Shown here in pieces: positions 19,195 to 26,928 of a DNA stretch of 52,882 bases (the first letter of the stretch is position 1; the number at the start of each line of letters is the position of its first letter). Source of the stretch: Patescibacteria group bacterium (GTDB taxonomy: Bacteria > Patescibacteriota > Patescibacteriia > Patescibacteriales > UBA12465); the NCBI GenBank assembly GCA_049294415.1, contig JBAQCS010000047.1, positions 1 through 52,882 of the forward strand, written 5' to 3'. The translations under genes and the position numbers were made by a program. The notes beneath the pieces are model-generated. The model made no database searches. It was given only the letters and a program-made list of their open reading frames with translations, and was not told where the DNA came from.

Positions 19195-19536
19195 CTATTC
19201 AACTTTTTGAGCTCCGTTTTTAATCTTTAACGGAATAGCCCAAGGGTTACGATTTTTACTTTCTTCTTCTAAATATTCGCTATTTTCTTCATTTCTCCAA
19301 GCGGATATATCGTAGTTAATTCTATCAGTTAAATCTTCGTCTGTCAAATCTCCCGTTGGTTTACTAGTGTTATCTACTATTTTACCTGATTTTAGGCAAT
19401 TTTTATCAACTAATTCGGCATATTGCTCTAAATCCATAATCACATAAGAAGCCAGTGGGTCTTCCCTATCATAAACAACTACTTTATCACCAGTTTTTTT
19501 AATCAAAGAAATGATTTTCTGCAAACTGTCAATCAT
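19195..19536 (-). CDS. hypothetical protein with a Phd/YefM-like N-terminal region and an acidic C-terminal tail (113 aa)
   Basis: KVVVYDREDPLASYVIMDLEQYAELV resembles the Phd/YefM antitoxin N-domain pattern (by eye). No terminator lies between the fusA stop and this ATG. Confidence 0.55.
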   Translation of the reverse strand: MIDSLQKIISLIKKTGDKVVVYDREDPLASYVIMDLEQYAELVDKNCLKSGKIVDNTSKPTGDLTDEDLTDRINYDISAWRNEENSEYLEEESKNRNPWAIPLKIKNGAQKVE

Positions 19537-19587
19537 AAGTTTTAATTTTAGTTACTTATGTGGGCTAAGACGAAAATACTTTCAAAA

Positions 19588-21672
19588 TTATCTAGCGTTC
19601 TTCTCTTTAATGGTTTCCAGGATATTTCTTGGTACATCATTATAGTGAGAGAATTCCATTACATAATTGGCGCGTCCTTGGGACATAGAGCGAAGTGAAG
19701 TGGAATAGCCGAACATTTCAGCTAAAGGCACTTTAGCGCGCACTACTTTAATATTATTTGGACGATCAATCATTTCTTCAATTTGACCACGTTTAGCGTT
19801 CAAATCACCAATAATGTTACCCATGTAATCTTCTGGAGTAGAAACTTCTACTTTCATGATAGGTTCAAGTAAAACGGCACCAGCCTTAGAACAAGCTTCA
19901 CGGAAAGCGAAGATTGCAGCCATTTTAAAGGCAATTTCAGAGGAGTCAACTTCATGGTAAGAACCATCAGTTACAGCTACCTTAATATTCACCATTGGGT
20001 AACCAGCTACTCCACCGGCTAGTAATGCTTCCTTAACACCTTTTTCAATAGCAGGAATATATTCACGTGGAATAACACCACCTTTAACTTCATCCAAGAA
20101 TTCAAAACCTTTAGTAAGGTCGTCTTGTTGCATGATGCGAAGAGTACAATGACCATATTGTCCACGACCACCAGACTGCTTAGCGTATTTATATTCACCT
20201 TCAGCAGTTTTAGTAATAGTTTCACGATATGATACTTGTGGGTTACCAACATTAGCTTCTACACCGAATTCGCGTCTCATACGATCAACGATAATATCTA
20301 AGTGAAGTTCACCCATACCGGAAATTAAAACTTGATTTGTTTCCTCATCAGTTTCAACACGGAAAGTAGGATCTTCTTCAGCTAAACGTTGTAAGGCAAC
20401 ACCCATCTTTTCTTGGTCAGCCTTGGTCTTTGGTTCAACAGCAATCTTAATAACTGGTTCTGGGAAAACAATGTTTTCCAGGTGCATCTGACGAGATTCG
20501 TCGCACAGTGTATTACCAGTAGTAGTATTCTTTAAACCAATAACAGCAGCAATATCTCCAGCATAAACTTCTTTAATTTCTTCACGGTGATTAGCGTGCA
20601 TACGTACTAAACGACCAACACGTTCTTTATTACCAGTCTTAGCATTAACAATGTAAGAACCGGCTTGTAAAACACCGCTGTAAACACGAACGAAACAAAG
20701 TTTACCAACGAAAGGATCAGTAGCAATCTTAAAAGCTAAACCAACAAAAGGATCAGTATCATTAGCAGTTACTTTGTAAGTTTTAGTTTCATCGTCAACA
20801 TCAATACCTTCAATTTCAGGGGTTTCAAGTGGTGATGGTAAATAATCATTTACAGCATCAAGACATAATTGAACACCAATATTTTGTAGAGCTGTACCAC
20901 ATAAAACTGGGTAAATTTGGTTAGCAATTACACCTTTATGGATAGCAGCTTTAAGTTCAGCAACTGTAACCTCTTCTCCACTTAGATATTTTTCCATAGT
21001 AGCTTCATCGCATTCTACGGCTTTTTCAACAAGTTCAGCATGGAACTCATCTACTTTAGCTTTCATATCTTCAGGAATTGGCATTTCAATTTCAAGTTCA
21101 CCGTTAGCACCTTCAAACTTATAAGCTTTCTTTTCAAGCAAATCGATGACACCAAGTAAATCACTTTCAGCACCGATTGGTAATTGAATAGCTACAGCGT
21201 GAGGGTTAAGTCTGTCGCGGATAGATTTTAAACTCATGTAAAAATCAGCACCCATCTTATCCATTTTATTAACGAAACAAAGACGTGGTACATGATATTT
21301 ATCAGCTTGGCGCCATACAGTTTCTGATTGTGGTTCTACACCAGCTTGACCATCAAACACAGCAATAGCACCATCTAAAACACGTAAAGAGCGCTCTACT
21401 TCAACAGTAAAGTCAACGTGGCCAGGAGTATCAATGATGTTGATTTTATTTCCCTTCCAGAAACAAGTTGTTGCGGCGGAAGTAATAGTAATACCTCTTT
21501 CTTTTTCTTGTTCCATCCAGTCCATTTCAGCAGCACCTTCGTGTACTTCACCGATTTTATGTTTTTTACCAGTGTAAAATAAAACACGTTCAGTAAAAGT
21601 AGTTTTACCAGCATCGATGTGAGCCATGATACCGATATTTCTGATTTTGTCCAAAGAATAATCTCTAGGCAT
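19588..21672 (-). CDS. fusA: elongation factor G
   Basis: [25 protein letters not shown]. 694 aa. str-operon position. Confidence 0.98.
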   Translation of the reverse strand: MPRDYSLDKIRNIGIMAHIDAGKTTFTERVLFYTGKKHKIGEVHEGAAEMDWMEQEKERGITITSAATTCFWKGNKINIIDTPGHVDFTVEVERSLRVLDGAIAVFDGQAGVEPQSETVWRQADKYHVPRLCFVNKMDKMGADFYMSLKSIRDRLNPHAVAIQLPIGAESDLLGVIDLLEKKAYKFEGANGELEIEMPIPEDMKAKVDEFHAELVEKAVECDEATMEKYLSGEEVTVAELKAAIHKGVIANQIYPVLCGTALQNIGVQLCLDAVNDYLPSPLETPEIEGIDVDDETKTYKVTANDTDPFVGLAFKIATDPFVGKLCFVRVYSGVLQAGSYIVNAKTGNKERVGRLVRMHANHREEIKEVYAGDIAAVIGLKNTTTGNTLCDESRQMHLENIVFPEPVIKIAVEPKTKADQEKMGVALQRLAEEDPTFRVETDEETNQVLISGMGELHLDIIVDRMRREFGVEANVGNPQVSYRETITKTAEGEYKYAKQSGGRGQYGHCTLRIMQQDDLTKGFEFLDEVKGGVIPREYIPAIEKGVKEALLAGGVAGYPMVNIKVAVTDGSYHEVDSSEIAFKMAAIFAFREACSKAGAVLLEPIMKVEVSTPEDYMGNIIGDLNAKRGQIEEMIDRPNNIKVVRAKVPLAEMFGYSTSLRSMSQGRANYVMEFSHYNDVPRNILETIKEKNAR

Positions 21673-21703
21673 ATGTAATTATATTAAATGTTTTTTAAGA
21701 GGA

Positions 21704-22171
21704 TTAACGAGAGAAATGAGCGAAAGCCTTATTAGCTTCAGCCATCTTGTGAACAGTATCACGTTTTCTAACTGCTGCACCTTCACCATTACTAGCATCA
21801 AGAATTTCAGCTGCTAACTTTTCAGCCATAGAACGGCCTTTTCTAGCATCAGCAGAAGTGATAATCCAATTACAACCAAGGTAAAAACGTCTTTCACCGC
21901 GAACTTGAAAAGGAACCTGGTAATTAGCGCCACCAACGCGTTTACCGCGGACCTCAACTAGTGGGGAGACTTTTTTAATAGCTTTATTAAAAACGTGACG
22001 TGGATCTTGTTTGGTTTTATCTTTAATGATTTCAAAAGAACCGTAAACGATTTTTTGAGCAACACTTTTTTTACCAGATTCCATGACGTAATTAATAAAC
22101 TTAGTGATATTTTTATCACTGTATTTAACATCACCTTCAATATTTCTTTTTGGAGCTTGTTTACCTCTCAT
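21704..22171 (-). CDS. rpsG: 30S ribosomal protein S7
   Basis: Start set at MRGKQAPKRNIEGDVKYSD, giving the canonical length of 155 aa. The track ORF extends 15 codons further upstream. Confidence 0.93.
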   Translation of the reverse strand: MRGKQAPKRNIEGDVKYSDKNITKFINYVMESGKKSVAQKIVYGSFEIIKDKTKQDPRHVFNKAIKKVSPLVEVRGKRVGGANYQVPFQVRGERRFYLGCNWIITSADARKGRSMAEKLAAEILDASNGEGAAVRKRDTVHKMAEANKAFAHFSR

Positions 22172-22265
22172 AAGATTTTGGATACTTGTCCACCAGCTAT
22201 AGCGGCCAGTAATCACAAATTAGAAGCAACTCTAATTTTTATAATTTATTAAACAATTGATTGAT

Positions 22266-22691
22266 TTATTTAGCAGCCTTTGGTCTTTTAGCACCGTAGC
22301 AGCTTCTTCCTTGACGTCTAGCTTCAACACCAGAAGCGTCGTAAACACCACGAACCACTTTATATCTAACACCTGGAAGATCTTTAGTCTTTCCACCCTT
22401 TACTAAAACGATAGAGTGTTCTTGTAGATTATGTCCCATACCTGGAATGTAAGTAGTAACTTCCATGCCGTTAGACAATCTAACACGAGCAATTTTACGT
22501 AAAGCTGAGTTAGGTTTTTTAGGAGTGATAGTAGTAACCTTTAAACAGACGCCTTGCTTAAAAGGAGCGCCTTTAGCGGTTTCTTTCTTCTTACGATGAA
22601 GAGTGTCCAAGCCAACATGTAAAGCTAGCGACTTTTTACGTGCTACTTTAGATGTACGACCCTTGCGGACCAATTGGTTCATGGTGGGCAT
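22266..22691 (-). CDS. rpsL: 30S ribosomal protein S12
   Basis: [12 protein letters not shown]...[11 protein letters not shown]...VRYKVVRG. Confidence 0.97.
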   Translation of the reverse strand: MPTMNQLVRKGRTSKVARKKSLALHVGLDTLHRKKKETAKGAPFKQGVCLKVTTITPKKPNSALRKIARVRLSNGMEVTTYIPGMGHNLQEHSIVLVKGGKTKDLPGVRYKVVRGVYDASGVEARRQGRSCYGAKRPKAAK

Positions 22692-22730
22692 AATTTTCTT
22701 AAAATTAATTAAATTTCAAACACTAAAACG

Positions 22731-22748
22731 GTCCTGAAAATTCAGGAC
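22731..22748 (-). promoter_or_regulatory. hairpin in the predicted rpsL 5' UTR
   Basis: Palindrome GTCCTGA-AAAT-TCAGGAC about 40 nt upstream of the rpsL ATG. On the minus strand it is followed by CGUUUUAGUGUUU. Confidence 0.35.
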
Positions 22749-22775
22749 GTGGCTTTTTTATTAAACTGTTAACTA

Positions 22776-22804
22776 AATTTATCAAAAGTTAAGAGATAAG
22801 TCAA
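22776..22804 (-). promoter_or_regulatory. candidate str-operon promoter TTGACT-N17-TAAATT
   Basis: Minus strand: -35 at 22804-22799, -10 at 22781-22776. About 85 nt upstream of the rpsL ATG. Confidence 0.5.
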
Positions 22805-22875
22805 TAGGACGAAGGTATCAATCAATAGCTTAATAAGTGCTATTCCCTACTTAAAAACTAATCTAAATTTATATA

Positions 22876-22904
22876 TTGACATAATTATGATATTATGCTA
22901 TTAT
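22876..22904 (+). promoter_or_regulatory. promoter TTGACA-N17-TATTAT driving the 47-aa ORF
   Basis: Plus strand: TTGACA 22876-22881, TATTAT 22899-22904. Divergent from the rpsL promoter. Confidence 0.65.
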
Positions 22905-22946
22905 TACAGTATCAATAAAGTTAGTTCTTAACCAAAAAACGATAAA

Positions 22947-23090
22947 ATGAAACGTAACCAATTAAAGAAAATGGTGGCCACGGCTTATGCCAATTTTATA
23001 ACAATATTCTGTGCTGTCTTTGGCCAGCCACTCATGTTGTGCCTGGTTAAACAGGTCAGGATTAAGACTTATAAAAAACTCATTGTTTAA
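22947..23090 (+). CDS. small hydrophobic peptide (47 aa), below the ORF-track cutoff
   Basis: My translation: MKRNQLKKMVATAYANFITIFCAVFGQPLMLCLVKQVRIKTYKKLIV. It has one central TM-like segment flanked by Lys/Arg, with a consensus promoter upstream and two hairpins downstream. Confidence 0.5.
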   Translation: MKRNQLKKMVATAYANFITIFCAVFGQPLMLCLVKQVRIKTYKKLIV

Positions 23091-23140
23091 GCATAAAGCT
23101 TAAACAAAAAAAAGGGACTAAACAGCCCCTTTTTTATTTT
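23084..23140. terminator. tandem hairpins / bidirectional terminator between the convergent 47-aa ORF and the 336-aa gene
   Basis: TGTTTAAGC-ATAAA-GCTTAAACA (23084-23106), then AAAAAAGGG...CCCTTTTTT (to about 23140) with A/T runs on both sides. Confidence 0.6.
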
Positions 23141-23147
23141 TCAACTA

Positions 23148-24158
23148 TTACTTAGTAATCTCTTCGCAAACTTCTAAGCCTATATCTTTAAGTGAAGTTT
23201 CCAAATCTTTATTATTAACTATTCGAGCTTCATTATGTTTAGTAAATAATCCTCGATTATTAGTAGTAAACGTATTTTCTGGTAGATTAACTGCTTCTGA
23301 TTTAACATCACCAAGCAAAGTTAAGCGTCCTCTTTTAATATAAGATTTTACTAAACTAATAACGTCTTTATCGCCATAGTTTTCTAGAACTTGTTTCATG
23401 GCCTCTCTAACATTATCAAGATTACCAGAACTTCTAAATTCTTCAGCTCCGACACTAATTATAAAATCTAACATATCAGTAGCTTTCTTTTCTTTTTCAC
23501 CAATAGTTTTTTCTTTATTCCAAACAATATCAGGCATATTTAAAACTGGTTCTCCAACCTGACCATTTTCATGTTGTTTAAAAATAATATCGCCAATATT
23601 TACTTCTCCGATACCACCATGCTCATCATGAATTTTTCTTAAATATTTAGCAGCCTCAACTAATGCTTGTATTTTATCAAAGTGTGCAACACTATCACTA
23701 TTTATTAAATCTGAACGGTAAATATCTTGTAGTGGTAATCCCTTTAAATAAAGATCTTGATCTTTAATTTCAATCCCATTTTCATGAAGACCATAAGTTT
23801 CTTCTAGTCCTAATCGTTTAATATTTTCAAAAATTTCTTCTTTACTACCGCGATATCTTTTGGTGCCTGGCACTAAAAATTCAAAAAATAATTTTGGATT
23901 ACGATCAAAAAGTGCCCGTAAATCCTTAACTAAATGGTCATCATAGGTACGTAAAATGGCGTCGCCCCATTTATCAATTTTAGAAATAATACCACTATTA
24001 TCCCAAACCATTTTTCCATCACTCTCCATTTTAATTTTACCACCATAAACTCCTAGAGTACTTTCATGGTCTTCAGTAGGAATTCTTGATTCATTCACCG
24101 TTTTATTAATAGTATCTCTAACTTTATTCAATGGATTAAAATTTTCAAATTTAAACAT
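23148..24158 (-). CDS. hypothetical protein (336 aa), possibly an atypical kinase-like fold
   Basis: GVYGGKIKM (Gly-rich loop-like) and YLRKIHDEHGGIGEVNIGDIIF...LNMPDIV resemble an HGD...N...D kinase catalytic region, but with HGG. By-eye only. Lies 9 nt downstream of the M50-like gene. Confidence 0.35.
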   Translation of the reverse strand: MFKFENFNPLNKVRDTINKTVNESRIPTEDHESTLGVYGGKIKMESDGKMVWDNSGIISKIDKWGDAILRTYDDHLVKDLRALFDRNPKLFFEFLVPGTKRYRGSKEEIFENIKRLGLEETYGLHENGIEIKDQDLYLKGLPLQDIYRSDLINSDSVAHFDKIQALVEAAKYLRKIHDEHGGIGEVNIGDIIFKQHENGQVGEPVLNMPDIVWNKEKTIGEKEKKATDMLDFIISVGAEEFRSSGNLDNVREAMKQVLENYGDKDVISLVKSYIKRGRLTLLGDVKSEAVNLPENTFTTNNRGLFTKHNEARIVNNKDLETSLKDIGLEVCEEITK

Positions 24159-24167
24159 AAAAATATT

Positions 24168-24758
24168 TTAAACTAATAAATTAAAAATCCAGACAACCAC
24201 TGGCCAAATTAAATTAAAACCAAAGAAAGCTAAAACAAAGACTAAAATCATACTCAAACGAGTATCCATGTAAAGTAATTTATTCTTTAATTTATAAGGC
24301 AAAAAGCTAGCTAAAATTTTTGAACCATCAAGCGGTGGAATTGGTATAAGATTAAAAATCATCAAGACTAAATTAATCAAAATAACTTGAGCAATTAACT
24401 CAGCTAAAGGGCTAGTTGGCACAATAAAATGCATCACAATCGCAAATAATACAGCTAAAATCAAGTTACCAACTGGACCAGCTAAAGAAACTAGAGCATC
24501 ACCCCACTTTTTATCACGTAAATTATTAGGATTATAAGGCACTGGCTTGGCCCAACCAAACAAAAATGGAGAGTGCATTATCACCAAAGCTAGAGGAATT
24601 AAAATAGAACCAACCAAATCTAAATGCTTAATAGGATTAAGACTTAAACGACCAGCATTTTTAGCAGTAGGATCACCTAATTGGTTGGCCGCAAAACCGT
24701 GCATATACTCATGAAAAGTAGCAGACATAATCAAGGCCACGACAACAAATAGAAACAT
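24168..24758 (-). CDS. site-2 protease (peptidase M50) family membrane metalloprotease
   Basis: HEYMHG (HExxH) in TM1, a polytopic membrane protein, LNLIPIPPLDGSK motif. Confidence 0.8.
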   Translation of the reverse strand: MFLFVVVALIMSATFHEYMHGFAANQLGDPTAKNAGRLSLNPIKHLDLVGSILIPLALVIMHSPFLFGWAKPVPYNPNNLRDKKWGDALVSLAGPVGNLILAVLFAIVMHFIVPTSPLAELIAQVILINLVLMIFNLIPIPPLDGSKILASFLPYKLKNKLLYMDTRLSMILVFVLAFFGFNLIWPVVVWIFNLLV

Positions 24759-24835
24759 AAGGTAAAAATTTATATTAATTATTGATTTATTTTAACACAT
24801 CTTGATTATTTTTTAAAACTCTGTTAGAATTAGCT

Positions 24836-24864
24836 TTGAAATATTAGAAATAAATAGCTATCAT
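24836..24864 (+). promoter_or_regulatory. promoter TTGAAA-N17-TATCAT upstream of rpmB
   Basis: TTGAAA 24836-24841, TATCAT 24859-24864. About 62 nt upstream of the ATG. Confidence 0.55.
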
Positions 24865-24926
24865 TGTTTACGCTAAACCCGTCTTTATTAAACTAGGTAA
24901 GCGGGCGTGATAAATAAACAACAAAT

Positions 24927-25169
24927 ATGGGAAAAACCTGTGATTTATGTGGACGCGGCTCTCAAAAAGGTGCTACTCGTTCCCACTCTAAAATTAAAAC
25001 TTTGAAGAGACAAGACATTAATTTGCAAACTAAGAAGATTGATGACATGAAACTTAAGGTTTGTACTTCATGCTTAAGAACTGCTGCTAAAGAAGTAAAA
25101 GTAAAACTTCCTAAAGCTGAAAGACCATCTTCACTTAAACCAGCTAAATTGAAAAAAGTAGCTAAATAA
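24927..25169 (+). CDS. rpmB: 50S ribosomal protein L28 (Cys-containing form, Lys-rich C-terminal tail)
   Basis: MGKTCDLCGRGSQKGATRSHSKIKTLKRQDINLQ matches the L28 N-terminus. A second CxxC is present (CTSC). Confidence 0.88.
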   Translation: MGKTCDLCGRGSQKGATRSHSKIKTLKRQDINLQTKKIDDMKLKVCTSCLRTAAKEVKVKLPKAERPSSLKPAKLKKVAK

Positions 25170-25180
25170 GTATACTCTTA

Positions 25181-25212
25181 AAAACACCTCGCATGAGCGG
25201 GGTGTTTTTTTA
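25181..25212. terminator. bidirectional intrinsic terminator (rpmB / convergent 271-aa gene)
   Basis: ACACCTCGC-ATGA-GCGGGGTGT stem followed by TTTTTTT. There is an A-run on the other side. Confidence 0.8.
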
Positions 25213-25233
25213 TTTTCAAAATTATTTTATTAA

Positions 25234-26049
25234 TTATGGTAAGCACTGCTGATAGATATTTTGTACTTTATTATTTTCAATATCAAAATAATAAATAGCT
25301 TTTTGATTTAAAGAAATTAAGTTTTTAATAAAAGTAATAACCCCATTGGTCTCAGTTTGATTATCAGCTGTTGTTTCGTTGCCATCTAAACCAGCTCCAC
25401 AAATATAAGTTTTGGTATCACCTGAAATTAACACTTCCCTAATCTGATTACTTTTGTTAATAAAAAAATCTGAAACGCCTGGTTGAAAATCTGGATTAAG
25501 ACTCAAAATATTAATCATACAATAAGTAGCACCATCTCTAGTAAAAACTTTATTTATTTCAGCTGGAGTATTTATCCATTTTTCTACAGGTCTTTCGACT
25601 CCGGTATTAATATTTTCAGCCATCTTACTATCTTTATCTTGATCACTATCATTAGTCATCACTTGGGGTTCGCTAATTTTAACATGAAAGTCTCCTCCTT
25701 TAATTCTATAGTTTAAATTTATTAAACTAGAAATCAAAGAAAAAGAAAAACTAAGAGCTAATAAAGTAATTATTAAAGCAACTAATCCTTTATGATTACT
25801 TTCTTTTTTGTCTTGAAGCCAAACAAAAATATTTAGACCAATAGAAATAATAGCTAGAGGTAATAAAAATATTTTCCACAGTGTCCATAAAGAATCATGA
25901 ACTTTAACTAACACATCGCATTTTTCAACCACAATCACAATAGCCATCGGTTCAATAAGTACTACTAGTAAACAACCAATTGTTAACAATAAAATTATAA
26001 ACCAAAAATTGGCTAAATACTCATTGATTAAAAGAAGAAATTTTTTCAT
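25234..26049 (-). CDS. hypothetical membrane protein (3-4 N-terminal TM segments plus a roughly 150-aa soluble C-terminal domain)
   Basis: Hydrophobic N-terminal half. The C-terminal half contains Cys and Asn/Thr-rich stretches. No family recognised. Confidence 0.6.
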   Translation of the reverse strand: MKKFLLLINEYLANFWFIILLLTIGCLLVVLIEPMAIVIVVEKCDVLVKVHDSLWTLWKIFLLPLAIISIGLNIFVWLQDKKESNHKGLVALIITLLALSFSFSLISSLINLNYRIKGGDFHVKISEPQVMTNDSDQDKDSKMAENINTGVERPVEKWINTPAEINKVFTRDGATYCMINILSLNPDFQPGVSDFFINKSNQIREVLISGDTKTYICGAGLDGNETTADNQTETNGVITFIKNLISLNQKAIYYFDIENNKVQNIYQQCLP

Positions 26050-26125
26050 AAAATAAAAATAATTAAAGACTCAAACCTTTTTGGATATGAGCCTTGAAAA
26101 GCTTCTTTATTTGAATGTTAATTAT

Positions 26126-26155
26126 ATTATACAGCAGTAACAGAAAAATTGTAAA
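26126..26155 (-). promoter_or_regulatory. promoter TTTACA-N18-TATAAT for the 271-aa membrane protein gene
   Basis: Minus strand: -35 at 26155-26150, -10 at 26131-26126. Confidence 0.55.
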
Positions 26156-26192
26156 TAAAAAAGAGGGTAAGCGAACTTATGTTCACCTACCC
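26153..26192 (-). terminator. intrinsic terminator ending the prfB-comEC-116aa-103aa unit
   Basis: Minus RNA: GGGUAGGUGAAC-AUAA-GUUCGCUUACCC, a 12-bp stem including two G.U pairs, so it is stable only on the minus strand. It is followed by UCUUUUUUAUUU. Confidence 0.75.
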
Positions 26193-26200
26193 CCCCTAAC

Positions 26201-26512
26201 TTATTTTTTTACCGCACTTTTAGCGGCACCCTCTAACCTCTTTATAAAGATCTTGGTGAGCGCTTTAATTAGATGCCAGAAAAAATTAACAAGAAACAGA
26301 ATACAAACGAGAATACCCTGTCCAAGTTTAATCACAAATTTCTTTAACCACGGCCGACTGTCAATCCAAGGACGACCCCACGATGTCGCTGGATTTGGTT
26401 TAGCCCAATCCGGCACTTTACTGGCACTTATAATACCAGAGAGCGGCATGCCAATGGCGGCCAAAATCATAATCAGAGCTCCAATCAGTAAAATCATTAT
26501 TATAAAATCCAT
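26201..26512 (-). CDS. hypothetical small membrane protein (103 aa, 2 TM, Trp/Pro-rich loop)
   Basis: TM - SKVPDWAKPNPATSWGRPWIDSRPWLKK - TM. Starts 4 nt after the upstream gene. Preferred over the antisense 134-aa ORF. Confidence 0.6.
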   Translation of the reverse strand: MDFIIMILLIGALIMILAAIGMPLSGIISASKVPDWAKPNPATSWGRPWIDSRPWLKKFVIKLGQGILVCILFLVNFFWHLIKALTKIFIKRLEGAAKSAVKK

Positions 26513-26515
26513 TTG

Positions 26516-26866
26516 CTAAAATGTTTTTACAAGGTTTCTAAAACTTTTTATAAGGCTCAACAGAAATAATATGATAGCAATAATAACAGCTACCCAATGA
26601 TAGTTCTGAAAAGTAAAAGCACTTAAGAACAAAACGAAAAAGTTTAACAAAGTGCTCATTGTGACAACCAGAAAGAATAGACCATTAAAGGCAAAGCTTT
26701 CTTCTTTGGCGGAGTAATTAATTTTACTAACGATGTAGGTCAGTAAAAAAAATAATGAAGTAACGGACAGACAAAGCATAGCCCTGTCAGTTCTAAAACA
26801 TTCTGCAATCATAAATAATGCAAAAGGTATAAAACTTAAAGCGAGCAAAAGATACTTTTTTTTCAT
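26516..26866 (-). CDS. hypothetical membrane protein (116 aa, about 4 TM)
   Basis: Hydrophobic ORF between comEC and the 103-aa gene on the same strand. Confidence 0.6.
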   Translation of the reverse strand: MKKKYLLLALSFIPFALFMIAECFRTDRAMLCLSVTSLFFLLTYIVSKINYSAKEESFAFNGLFFLVVTMSTLLNFFVLFLSAFTFQNYHWVAVIIAIILFLLSLIKSFRNLVKTF

Positions 26867-26928
26867 GATTTATATAGGTTTTTAAAGTTCGTACTATGTC
26901 AACATTATAACAAATATTCACTATTTTG

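Noticed and set aside
19020-19202. 60-aa minus-strand ORF overlapping the tuf start and the 113-aa ORF stop
   Set aside because: It overlaps the conserved EF-Tu N-terminus out of frame and spans the tuf leader. It has no supporting signals.
18084-22140. Same-strand alternative-frame ORFs inside tuf (18084-18284), fusA (20019-20252, 21396-21614) and rpsG (21958-22140)
   Set aside because: They are Lys/Leu-rich translations typical of off-frame reading in AT-rich genes, fully embedded in conserved genes.
22947-23090. Possibility that the 47-aa ORF is ribosomal protein L34 (starts MKR, ends KKLIV, right size)
   Set aside because: L34 is uniformly basic (Arg/Lys-rich throughout). This peptide has a 25-residue hydrophobic core, so the resemblance is superficial.
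24865-24926. Possible structured L28 leader (ACGC..CCCG / CGGGCGT pairing) upstream of rpmB
   Set aside because: The pairing is short and imperfect, and I could not match it to a known r-protein leader. It is left as unannotated 5' UTR.
26115-26519. 134-aa plus-strand ORF overlapping the 103-aa minus-strand ORF
   Set aside because: The minus-strand ORF has a clean TM-loop-TM architecture. It starts 4 nt after the upstream gene and is followed by a minus-strand-specific terminator. The plus-strand ORF has no promoter and would run into converging transcription.
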